Positions 9,664-16,751 of a stretch of DNA of 41,827 nt are shown piece after piece; positions within the stretch are counted from its first letter, which is position 1, and each line of letters begins with the position of its first letter. The stretch is from positions 1 to 41,827 of IMG/VR virus record IMGVR_UViG_3300022173_000060, one strand, 5' to 3'. The notes beneath the pieces were generated by a model that did not search any database, was not told where the DNA came from, and saw nothing but the letters and a program-made list of their open reading frames with translations. A program made the translations under genes and the position numbers. The DNA is from a virus. Its lineage: Duplodnaviria; Caudoviricetes.

Positions 9664-9892
9664 CTATTCTGCCACAAACACGAAGTCATCCGGGTTGTCC
9701 ATGGCGATGTGATTGCGCAGCTCGCGCTCAAACATGGATGTTGCTTCGTGGATTGTTTTCTCGTAGTCCTTGCCTGTGTGACTAATCATCACCGGCCAGT
9801 GCCTGCGCTCATTTGTCCAAACTGGCTCACCATCATCGTTTCTTGACAGGTCGCCGACTCTGAATGTGATTTCAATGGTTTTTATGTGTCAT
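9664..9892 (-). pseudogene. frameshifted small ORF
   Basis: ATG overlapping the upstream stop is out of frame by 1 nt (A5 run) with a ~74-codon open frame ending at 9664. Confidence 0.4.
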
Positions 9893-10074
9893 TCGTCTTC
9901 GTCAGCCAGGACCTCAAGCACCATTACCCGCTTGTCGAGCTGCGCTATAAATGCCGATAGCGCCCGTATGTGCGACATTAGAACCTCGATGTTGTCGCAA
10001 CTGTTTGGGCTGTTTGCTGCCGGCGATTCGTATAGATCGCCAATATCTGCCGGAACCCCATCTTCGTATCTCAT
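9889..10074 (-). CDS. hypothetical protein
   Basis: 61 aa with an AAAGGA RBS. Confidence 0.55.
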   Translation of the reverse strand: MRYEDGVPADIGDLYESPAANSPNSCDNIEVLMSHIRALSAFIAQLDKRVMVLEVLADEDE

Positions 10075-10131
10075 TCTGTCCTTTCAAACAGCAACGCCCG
10101 GATAGCTAGTCCAGGCGTTGGTGCGGTCACA

Positions 10132-10368
10132 CTACAGCGGGCGCTCCACTTGGGGAGCGGCAGAGTCCGGGTTTGTGATCTTGCGCATGCCCGGAGTGTA
10201 GCAAATTTCACGCATTGCCGGATTTTCGCCATTCAAGCCAGTAGGCTTATCCCACATCCTGCGCCCCGGCAAATTCGGGCGAATGGCGCCACATCGATAA
10301 CACCACAACCACCCCCCACCGATTATCCAAATGCTCTGACGATGGTCGTGCTTCATCAAAACTCCCAC
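10132..10368 (-). CDS. hypothetical protein with CxxC
   Basis: WCYRCGA motif; operon packing. Confidence 0.5.
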   Translation of the reverse strand: MGVLMKHDHRQSIWIIGGGWLWCYRCGAIRPNLPGRRMWDKPTGLNGENPAMREICYTPGMRKITNPDSAAPQVERPL

Positions 10369-10637
10369 TCGCCCGACTGTTGAGCAATCAAAGCCGGCAA
10401 TTCGTGAGGAAGAAACTTAATTGAATGCAACACCCCTGCATCATCTGCGTAATCGCACCTGAGCATAGGCATAACCCCCAACATAGGGATAAGCTCTTGA
10501 TGCCCTGTCACAACACAAGTGCGGCCCAGGTAGTTGAATGTTTCCCCAATTTTCCTAAAGCCCTCAATCTTTTCGATAGCGGCATGCCGTAGGTCTTCTA
10601 TCGGCTCTTTTGACTCTTTTTTCTTGAACGGCCACAT
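10356..10637 (-). CDS. hypothetical protein
   Basis: MWPFKK start coupled to the upstream stop. Confidence 0.6.
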   Translation of the reverse strand: MWPFKKKESKEPIEDLRHAAIEKIEGFRKIGETFNYLGRTCVVTGHQELIPMLGVMPMLRCDYADDAGVLHSIKFLPHELPALIAQQSGEWEF

Positions 10638-11071
10638 CAGAATTCCATTTCGACCGAAAAATGCAGCACAGAATCCCTGCGCGTCCCCGGAATCCACCAC
10701 AGCCGCGCCGGCCCGAATTTGACGCTGGGGGCCAGCATCGGCGTCCATTTCTTGCTGGTCATGCCCTCGACCCACACCAGATCGCAGCCGTCGCCTGATT
10801 GCCGGACCTTGCACGCCTGATCCTTGGCGACCATCGGCGTGCGGGTGATGTGATAGCCGCTAACAGCTCCAACTGTGAGGCTAAATGGGGTACCCGGCGC
10901 CTCGAATTGATAGCCCAAGTACACGCTGTTGCGGCGCAAGGTGTTGCGGTATGCGCCGGCCGTCCATCCGTTGTAGATCGCGTACACACCCAAGTTGGTG
11001 TTGTTCTGGCCTTCGATTGCCGGGGCGTGGGCGCTCAGCAAATGCAGACCTAGGATGATTTCATTCATCAT
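10637..11071 (-). CDS. PagP-like outer-membrane beta-barrel protein
   Basis: GLHLLSAH..NNTNLGVY..GAYRNT..SVYLGY..GAVSGY..PMLAPS..LHFSVEMEF: alternating beta strands with a terminal Phe. Confidence 0.55.
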   Translation of the reverse strand: MMNEIILGLHLLSAHAPAIEGQNNTNLGVYAIYNGWTAGAYRNTLRRNSVYLGYQFEAPGTPFSLTVGAVSGYHITRTPMVAKDQACKVRQSGDGCDLVWVEGMTSKKWTPMLAPSVKFGPARLWWIPGTRRDSVLHFSVEMEF

Positions 11072-11291
11072 AGAGGCGCACCATAATCTGCACACAATTA
11101 CCTACAATCGGCCGGATGTCGATGAATTGGGAGTAAAGCACGCCATCCACCAAACATGTTTCCACGCCGCGCACTTCAATGCTTTTGCCGTCTTTCCCGG
11201 GCTTCACTTCAAACATGATTCGCCCATCGCTCGCCACAAAGCTGACGCGATCCTCTTTAATACCAATTTCGAGTTTCATTTCGGCTCCCAC
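11061..11291 (-). CDS. hypothetical protein
   Basis: Overlapping operon ORF. Confidence 0.55.
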   Translation of the reverse strand: MGAEMKLEIGIKEDRVSFVASDGRIMFEVKPGKDGKSIEVRGVETCLVDGVLYSQFIDIRPIVGNCVQIMVRLYDE

Positions 11292-11464
11292 GGCTTGAAG
11301 TGCTCTCGAATCGCCAGTTCAATCATGAAAGTACGGTTCCATTCAGGGTCAGGGTTGCTCATCCACTCAGCCAGCCAGCGCGGCAGCCGCAGGGGCACAT
11401 GCACGCGCTGTAGGTGGTGTGGAACTACTGGTCGCCCACGTGGCTTTTTGACTGGCGCATTCAT
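11276..11464 (-). CDS. small DNA-binding protein (AT-hook + ribbon-helix-helix-like)
   Basis: KKPRGRP followed by VPLRLPRWLAEWM...IELAIREHF. Confidence 0.6.
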   Translation of the reverse strand: MNAPVKKPRGRPVVPHHLQRVHVPLRLPRWLAEWMSNPDPEWNRTFMIELAIREHFKPWEPK

Positions 11465-11691
11465 CAGAACCCCAAAAAGCGCGACGCTGGATCGGCCTCG
11501 CTGCGATCAAGCCTCGGCGCGCGATGGCTGACATACATCAATCTGGCGTGCTCGGCCTCATCGCGCGATTGGCCGAAGAACTCGTGACCCTCGTCATCCT
11601 CGGCGCACCAGTCGCTGATGCCAGCGTCGATCTGCTGCTCAATGTTCATGTCGCTGAAAGAAGGGTTCCGAACTTCGTAGGCTGCACGCAT
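11464..11691 (-). CDS. hypothetical protein
   Basis: GGAG RBS; first gene after the promoter at 11716-11771. Confidence 0.6.
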   Translation of the reverse strand: MRAAYEVRNPSFSDMNIEQQIDAGISDWCAEDDEGHEFFGQSRDEAEHARLMYVSHRAPRLDRSEADPASRFLGF

Positions 11692-11715
11692 GTCGTTCTC
11701 CGGTTGCTATGCCAT

Positions 11716-11771
11716 TACTGTAGCACAACAAACGCAGCATGCAAGCCTTTTTTTCTAGGGACAAACCCTAG
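11716..11771 (-). promoter_or_regulatory. sigma70-like promoter with upstream palindromic site
   Basis: TTGCAT-N17-TACAGT on the minus strand; CTAGGGACAAACCCTAG palindrome at 11755-11771. Confidence 0.6.
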
Positions 11772-12234
11772 GTTTGCGCATCATTTGGCAGATCGACAGC
11801 AGGAGGCATTTCCGCAGCGCGCCTCATCGTGTCCGGCTTCACCGCAATCGACATTGATATCAATCTCAGACGATGTTTCCCGAGATGCAAGAGCGGCATT
11901 TGATATCGCCCCCGCCCAAGCGCCAGGACCGTGGATTTCATCGTAACGTTCCGCCACAGAATCGCCTCTGTGATCCCAGGCGCCAACTTCTTCAAGCGCG
12001 GACTGCGCTGGTGTTTTCATGTATTTCCCCAGTTTTAGATTTGTCGATCGTCTTGAATTTCTGCCGGCATTGTCTGCGCCCACTCCATCCCGGCCGGCAG
12101 CTCGGCGCCTGGGTGTGTCTTGTGCCAAGCTATCGCCCACAGCATGCGCAGGGCTTCTTTGTCGGCCTCTTTGCGTGGTTCGAATACCTCTGGTATGGGT
12201 ATGGCTGTTAGCGAGTGCTGGCGCATGGCAATGG

Positions 12235-12522
12235 TTAAGGCCAAATCTTGCGCAACTCGATCACGACATTTGCAACCGCCGCAATCACAAAAATTGCGCT
12301 CAGAACGGCAGCAAATGCGGTTGCCAAGCAAACCCAGCACGTACCTTCCGGCTCCTTGTGCCATTCGCTCAGGTCTCCAGGCGCGGTTTCGAGCGGTGGC
12401 TGATCTGGCGCCAGTGTCGGCTGGTATGCGCTCAGGGCGTGGCATGTGCAGCCTGCCGGGCTGTTTTTGCAGGTCTCGCCGGCAGCTTTGCAGCGGGCCA
12501 GGCACTCGGATTGCGTCATCAT
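12235..12522 (-). CDS. hypothetical membrane protein
   Basis: Cys-rich N-terminus, C-terminal TM segment. Confidence 0.5.
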   Translation of the reverse strand: MMTQSECLARCKAAGETCKNSPAGCTCHALSAYQPTLAPDQPPLETAPGDLSEWHKEPEGTCWVCLATAFAAVLSAIFVIAAVANVVIELRKIWP

Positions 12523-12525
12523 GGC

Positions 12526-12750
12526 TCACCCCCTCCAGGCCAGCATCACGCCGATTCCGGCCATTAGCACAATCGTGCCGGCCAGGTACAGCCTTGCCTT
12601 CGTCGCATCGCTCATGCGCCTGCGCTGGATTCTGCGCGGCTGGCTCGCCCAGGATTTCACGCGCTGGCGCTCGGCCGCCGCCTCTGCGAGGCATTGCAAG
12701 GCGCCTCGTACTGTGTCGGGGCTGCGCTCTCGATTTAGATGGCGCGGCAT
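12526..12750 (-). CDS. hypothetical membrane protein
   Basis: C-terminal TM ending GVMLAWRG; AAGGA RBS. Confidence 0.55.
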   Translation of the reverse strand: MPRHLNRERSPDTVRGALQCLAEAAAERQRVKSWASQPRRIQRRRMSDATKARLYLAGTIVLMAGIGVMLAWRG

Positions 12751-12752
12751 GG

Positions 12753-13142
12753 TTATTCCTTGATGCGGTACATGTGCGGCGGAAATTGGAAGTCAAGCGC
12801 GTATGCTCGCACCTGACAATCAAACCATCGATCGGTCACGCTAGGATCATAATTAAATTGCACCGTCTTCCCGGCCTTCAGAGCCTCTTTGAATGGAGCA
12901 TATGGGTCGGCCGGATCGGCGCCAGCAAAGGCAATCGCCTTCACGGTAATGAATGCGTCACCTTCGGCAGATGCCTTCTCTTTTGCTGGCCCCGCCTTCT
13001 TCGGGTGGCGCGCCAGAAGCCATTCAATGTAATGGTCTTGCTCAGGCCCAGTCGAAACCATCACGCGGGCCTTGAGCATGCGCTCGGCTTCGTGCCTGCG
13101 TGCTGCGGCCATGCGTTCCATCTTGAGTGCGAGTGCGTTCAC
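12753..13142 (-). CDS. hypothetical protein
   Basis: ALKAGKTVQF...W.D...F....YRIK motif common in phage early genes. Confidence 0.6.
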   Translation of the reverse strand: MNALALKMERMAAARRHEAERMLKARVMVSTGPEQDHYIEWLLARHPKKAGPAKEKASAEGDAFITVKAIAFAGADPADPYAPFKEALKAGKTVQFNYDPSVTDRWFDCQVRAYALDFQFPPHMYRIKE

Positions 13143-13348
13143 GGCTGTTCCTTTGCTTGTTCGGCTGCGACGATTGCGTTAATGGCAGCCCGTCGCCTGG
13201 AAATCATGAATTGCAGAACTTCGAATTTGTGTTGCTCAGAAACATCATTCCCATGGCAGCGCTCGTAATCAAGTTCAGCCTGCAAATGCGCGCACGCAGC
13301 CTTGCGCAGCTCGTGCCACAGTTTATCGGGTGCGGTGGAGCGGGTCAT
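13139..13348 (-). CDS. hypothetical protein
   Basis: ATGA-coupled ORF. Confidence 0.5.
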   Translation of the reverse strand: MTRSTAPDKLWHELRKAACAHLQAELDYERCHGNDVSEQHKFEVLQFMISRRRAAINAIVAAEQAKEQP

Positions 13349-13614
13349 TTCGTGGCCTTCAATTTGGCAATTGCAGCCTGCGCAGTTCGCGCAGCAGGAC
13401 CGGCCGGCTCATATTCTGAGAATTGCGCGATGGCGCGCAGCGCAGCTCCCAACTCCGCAATCAGCGCATCCGCTTCGCTCGCCAGTTCGGCGGCTGCGTG
13501 ACGGGCGTCGCGGTGTCCGACCTTGTACGCGAGCGCAGTGTCTCCGGCGTATAGAGAGGATGCCAATTCAGTCAGATTGACGCGAATGTTCATGATCTTG
13601 TCGTGCAGGTTCAT
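13345..13614 (-). CDS. hypothetical protein
   Basis: LHDKIMNI...AYKVGHRDARHAAAEL phage family motif; GGAG RBS. Confidence 0.6.
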   Translation of the reverse strand: MNLHDKIMNIRVNLTELASSLYAGDTALAYKVGHRDARHAAAELASEADALIAELGAALRAIAQFSEYEPAGPAARTAQAAIAKLKATK

Positions 13615-13711
13615 CGCATTTGCTCCGGTTGCTGATGCCTCTACTATCGGCCCTCACCAGCCATCCGCATATCGGGATTTACCCTTGCTTTTGCGGTATT
13701 CTGTGAAGAAT

Positions 13712-13825
13712 TTAGTCTTCGTTGGCCGCGTGACTTCCAACCCTAATAACCCATATCCAGAACGCAGACGCAGCGACAACGCCAATTAACGCGCTTGCGA
13801 TCATCCATAAAACAAAGTCGTGCAT
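13712..13825 (-). CDS. 37-aa single-TM peptide (MHDFVLWMIASALIGVVAASAFWIWVIRVGSHAANED)
   Basis: Manual translation; AGGGGGA RBS lies inside the attC-like site 1 loop. Confidence 0.55.
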   Translation of the reverse strand: MHDFVLWMIASALIGVVAASAFWIWVIRVGSHAANED

Positions 13826-13877
13826 AGCATTCCCCCTATTTGTCTTTTGTGGCTCAAGTCATGCGCGGTTGTTATGT
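13807..13877 (+). repeat. attC-like site 1 (degenerate)
   Basis: AAAAC-AAAGT-CGTGCAT ... ATGCGCG-GTT-GTTATGT inverted arms. Confidence 0.4.
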
Positions 13878-13988
13878 CAACTTCTCGTATACGTGTGTCG
13901 AGCATCCAGCAGAGCAAGCACTGGCGCTGGTTTTGACTGCATACGCTCCCACGGTATCTAGAGCGGTTGGTCCATATGAGAGTTAGGC
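13875..13988 (+). repeat. attC-like site 2 (degenerate)
   Basis: TGTCAACTTCTCGTAT ... ATATGAGAGTTAGGC; the R' box contains the TAA stop of the 13983-14318 gene. Confidence 0.5.
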
Positions 13989-14318
13989 CCCAAGAGCCAC
14001 CGACCATTTCGGGGCCGGCTCCAGCGCGGCAAGAGTCGCGTCAAGCGCTTCTCCTTGCAGCGGCTCCCACCACTGTCCTGTCCAATATTCGACGCGCAGC
14101 CTCGGGTGCGGGTTGCGTAGCTTTTCGAGCGCATGTCGCGCCTCTGCCAACTCCAAAGCCAGCGCTGCCGCAGTTCGCTCTAGCTCCAGTTGGGCGGCCG
14201 GCACTGTGGCGTACAGCGCCAAGGCTCTTTGCCCCTTTGAGGCCAGCGATGGGTCGGCTGTCACGTAGGCGTCTTGGCCGTCGTCGTTCGTAACCATCCA
14301 CGCAATTGGCTCATTCAT
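13983..14318 (-). CDS. hypothetical cassette protein
   Basis: EPIAWMV...LYA motif; stop codon falls in GCCTAAC. Confidence 0.6.
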   Translation of the reverse strand: MNEPIAWMVTNDDGQDAYVTADPSLASKGQRALALYATVPAAQLELERTAAALALELAEARHALEKLRNPHPRLRVEYWTGQWWEPLQGEALDATLAALEPAPKWSVALGA

Positions 14319-14321
14319 GGC

Positions 14322-14393
14322 TCACCCCTCAATCCACCAAATCAGCGCCGGCATCAGCACGAAGCCAAGCAGCGCAAGAAGGTCCGTTTCCAT
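14322..14393 (-). CDS. 23-aa hydrophobic peptide (METDLLALLGFVLMPALIWWIEG)
   Basis: Manual translation; AGGA upstream; abuts the next gene. Confidence 0.35.
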   Translation of the reverse strand: METDLLALLGFVLMPALIWWIEG

Positions 14394-14432
14394 GTGTCAA
14401 GTCCTGCTTGTTGGTTCGCTTCGGATACAGGG

Positions 14433-14533
14433 GCCTAACTGTCGGTTCAAGCGGAGAGCCAACGGCTATCCGCACCTGTGCGCTTCGTCGGCAGCGTCAC
14501 GGCCGTTGTCTCCCGCTTAACCTAGCGTTGGGC
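14433..14533 (+). repeat. attC site 3
   Basis: R'' GCCTAAC, 5-nt spacer, L'' GTTCAAGC (extra C), long stem, L' GCTTAAC, R' GTTGGGC: canonical attC architecture. Confidence 0.85.
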
Positions 14534-14748
14534 GGCTTGCTGTCATCGAAGCCGTGCTCCACAGGCCTCCAGTCGCCGCGATGCTTTTCCTTCATGTCCA
14601 GCGCGCGGAATTCGGCCGTGATCTGCCTGCGGAACTTGCGCGCCGCGTTCACGTCGGCAGTCACGGTCATGTTCACTTGACAGGCCATGTAGAGCCCGGT
14701 GGACTTCCCGTCCTTGGTGAAGTTCTCCACCAGCCACGAGTACGTCAT
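14497..14748 (-). CDS. hypothetical cassette protein
   Basis: C-terminus PPNARLSGRQRP is encoded by attC site 3. Confidence 0.65.
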   Translation of the reverse strand: MTYSWLVENFTKDGKSTGLYMACQVNMTVTADVNAARKFRRQITAEFRALDMKEKHRGDWRPVEHGFDDSKPPNARLSGRQRP

Positions 14749-15011
14749 GAGTAGTCCTCGTCAAAGTTGCACGGCACCGTCCACTGCTTGCCGCAGCGGC
14801 TGCACTCGATGATGTCGTGCTCGTCCACCACGCCGCAGCAGTCAACCGTGCGAGGTTCTGGGCAGCGTTGCAGGTGCTTCTGGCAAAGCTCGGGCTTCTC
14901 GGCATCGTGCAGGCTGCACCCGCCTTTGATCCGGCCACCTTCATAGCGCTTCGGCAAGTGCCGCCCAACTGGTTGGTCAACCGGACTTGCGCCGGCAAGG
15001 GTGTCGTTCAT
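14745..15011 (-). CDS. Cys-rich (Zn-ribbon) cassette protein
   Basis: CSRCGKQW..PCNFD; RBS and ATG lie in the loop of attC site 4. Confidence 0.65.
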   Translation of the reverse strand: MNDTLAGASPVDQPVGRHLPKRYEGGRIKGGCSLHDAEKPELCQKHLQRCPEPRTVDCCGVVDEHDIIECSRCGKQWTVPCNFDEDYS

Positions 15012-15056
15012 CGTTACTCCTTTGTGGGCGCAAGCCGGTTACCGCCGACGTTAGGC
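14963..15056 (+). repeat. attC site 4
   Basis: R'' GCCCAAC, L'' GGTCAACC, L' GGTTACC, R' GTTAGGC; the loop carries stop, AAAGGAG RBS and ATG on the minus strand. Confidence 0.85.
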
Positions 15057-15502
15057 TTCAATGCTCGACGCACACACTCGCTCAACGTGTCGTCGGTGCG
15101 CCCTGGGTGCAAGCCGAACTCCTTAAGCACGAACCACGTCCGCATCAATTCGTCTTCTTGCTTGAAGCTTAGCGCGGCAAAATGCTTAGCTTCAGTCCTC
15201 CAGTGGTTGTAGTGCCTGCCCCATGCCTCGTATCCGATCCACATACCAGCGGCAATGCCTACCCCAATCAGCGCAAGCAACGCCATCAGTTGGCCGTTGT
15301 CCATAACCGTCCTTTCGTTTTCTCCACCAAGCCTAACCAAGCCAATCGAGTCGGACTTTGGCGCCACGGGTTGAACGCGGCACGCGAATTCGGCCTCCGC
15401 ATTTGCATCGCGCTTCATCGCCCAGCGAATCCACAGCCATGTGCAAAGAGCGCTGCCCCAAAAGGTTCCGAAGAACAGTGCAATTTGTTGGTTCGTTGTC
15501 AT
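15014..15502 (-). CDS. two-TM cassette protein (apparent fusion of two small membrane ORFs)
   Basis: Starts MTTNQQ after GGTGGAG; internal duplicated attC arm; ends KPNVGGNRLAPTKE inside attC site 4. Confidence 0.55.
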   Translation of the reverse strand: MTTNQQIALFFGTFWGSALCTWLWIRWAMKRDANAEAEFACRVQPVAPKSDSIGLVRLGGENERTVMDNGQLMALLALIGVGIAAGMWIGYEAWGRHYNHWRTEAKHFAALSFKQEDELMRTWFVLKEFGLHPGRTDDTLSECVRRALKPNVGGNRLAPTKE

Positions 15503-15545
15503 CTCGTTTTCTCCACCAAGCCTAACCAAGCCAATCGAGTCGGAC
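15315..15545 (+). repeat. exact 42-bp direct repeat (15315-15356 and 15504-15545) containing the attC left arm and an RBS
   Basis: TCGTTTTCTCCACCAAGCCTAACCAAGCCAATCGAGTCGGAC occurs twice. Confidence 0.9.
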
Positions 15546-15591
15546 AGTCGCCGGGGTACCGTCGCCTGCCGCTCATTGGCAATCGTTAGCC
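15520..15591 (+). repeat. attC site 5
   Basis: R'' GCCTAAC; GCCAATcGAGtCGGaCAG pairs with CTGCCGCTCATTGGC leaving extrahelical bases; R' GTTAGCC. Confidence 0.75.
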
Positions 15592-15625
15592 GGCGCCAAT
15601 ACACTCAGCGCCGGCATTGGCTCAG

Positions 15626-15988
15626 TTACGCGGCCACCACGACAGGCGCGTGCGCCAGCGCATGTACCACGCCGCGGAAGATGAAGTCCTTCGCCTGCTG
15701 CTCCACCGGCAGCGCGTCAAACGGCACGATGCAGTGGTGCTGCTTCAGGTCGGGCCGCTTCTCGGGGCCGTAGGTCCAGCCATCGGCCACCTTCTGCGCC
15801 ATCCAGCTTTCGTGGCTGGCCGAGGCACTGGCGCCAGGGTTCTCGGTGTGCAGCTTCACGCCCAGCAGGGCCGAGTCACGCTGCCACTGCGGCGCGTCTT
15901 CCCACGCGGGCTGGCTGTTGTCGCCCAGCGCCTGGCAATAGGCGCGGTTCACTTCATGTGCCACGCGGGCAATTTGTTCAGGGTTCAT
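15626..15988 (-). CDS. RyR-domain protein
   Basis: HESWMAQKVADGWTYGPEK....KQHHCIVPFDALPVEQQAKD, the RyR domain signature. Confidence 0.85.
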   Translation of the reverse strand: MNPEQIARVAHEVNRAYCQALGDNSQPAWEDAPQWQRDSALLGVKLHTENPGASASASHESWMAQKVADGWTYGPEKRPDLKQHHCIVPFDALPVEQQAKDFIFRGVVHALAHAPVVVAA

Positions 15989-16022
15989 GCTTTCTCCTGT
16001 TTGCGGGCAGTGGTCGGGCGCC

Positions 16023-16079
16023 CGCTAACCCGTCTATGCACCGGACTGCCTTCGGCAGCCGGTGATATCTGCGTTGGGC
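16023..16079 (+). repeat. attC site 6
   Basis: R'' CGCTAAC, L'' TATGCACC, CTGCC-TTC-GGCAG hairpin, L' GGTGATA, R' GTTGGGC; 57 bp. Confidence 0.85.
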
Positions 16080-16273
16080 GGCTCGTCGAGTGCCGGGTCG
16101 CTTTCAATGTAGGCCGCCATTTCGCGCAGCGCCAACACCAAGCCCGCTCGCGTGAATGGGCGAGCGACACGAAATGCATAGTGCCTATCGTTGCTAAAGT
16201 CCGCGCGAATTTCCAACAAATCATGCCGCAGTCGTTGATCGTCAACCCATAGCTTCGTCAGTGTGTGCGCCAT
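16034..16273 (-). CDS. hypothetical cassette protein
   Basis: C-terminus PPNADITGCRRQSGA is encoded by attC site 6. Confidence 0.6.
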   Translation of the reverse strand: MAHTLTKLWVDDQRLRHDLLEIRADFSNDRHYAFRVARPFTRAGLVLALREMAAYIESDPALDEPPNADITGCRRQSGA

Positions 16274-16302
16274 CGCTAAATCCTTTCAATTTTCAAACAG
16301 CC

Positions 16303-16399
16303 GCCCAACCCCGCCGCCGAGCGGAGGGCCGCCGGCAGGCAGTGGTTCGATTTTCGTTGCGTCGGTCATGGCGTCTACCGCTCACGGCTATCGTTAGGC
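16303..16399 (+). repeat. attC site 7
   Basis: R'' GCCCAAC, CCGAGCGG ... CCGCTCACGG, R' GTTAGGC containing the TAA stop of the upstream minus-strand gene. Confidence 0.75.
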
Positions 16400-16651
16400 T
16401 TCAAATGTTGCAGCATCGTTGTGCCACCCTCGCGCAATTCGATATACCTCTGGAGCAGTCAACGCGCCTCTTTCAGCCAGCACCGCAATTAGCCTTCCGA
16501 TTGCTTCAGAGCACTGGTTTGCGACCATCTGCGCGTTGTCGGAAATGTCGCTATCAAGTCCACCGCCGCGCGAAAGAACTCCATCAACCCACGTTGACAC
16601 TTCGCCGCCACCGTCGTTTGGACGGCCTTTGTAGTTGGGTAGTATTTGCAT
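16394..16651 (-). CDS. hypothetical cassette protein
   Basis: GGAGAG RBS; stop codon falls in GCCTAAC. Confidence 0.6.
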   Translation of the reverse strand: MQILPNYKGRPNDGGGEVSTWVDGVLSRGGGLDSDISDNAQMVANQCSEAIGRLIAVLAERGALTAPEVYRIARGWHNDAATFEA

Positions 16652-16751
16652 TTTCGTTCTCTCCGTTCACCAGCCTAACCATCGGAGTCGGTTTGTTTTC
16701 CATGTCTCCATGATCTGTATTTTGCTTATGCTGGCCCATAGGTGTTTGTAC

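Noticed and set aside
12035-13268. Long overlapping ORFs 12120-13268 (+) and 12035-12823 (-)
   Set aside because: Arg/Ala-rich GC shadow frames over a coherent chain of coupled minus-strand genes.
13807-16690. CRISPR array or REP/terminator repeats
   Set aside because: The repeats are not identical, the intervening stretches are gene-sized, and there are no U-tracts; the box structure fits attC.
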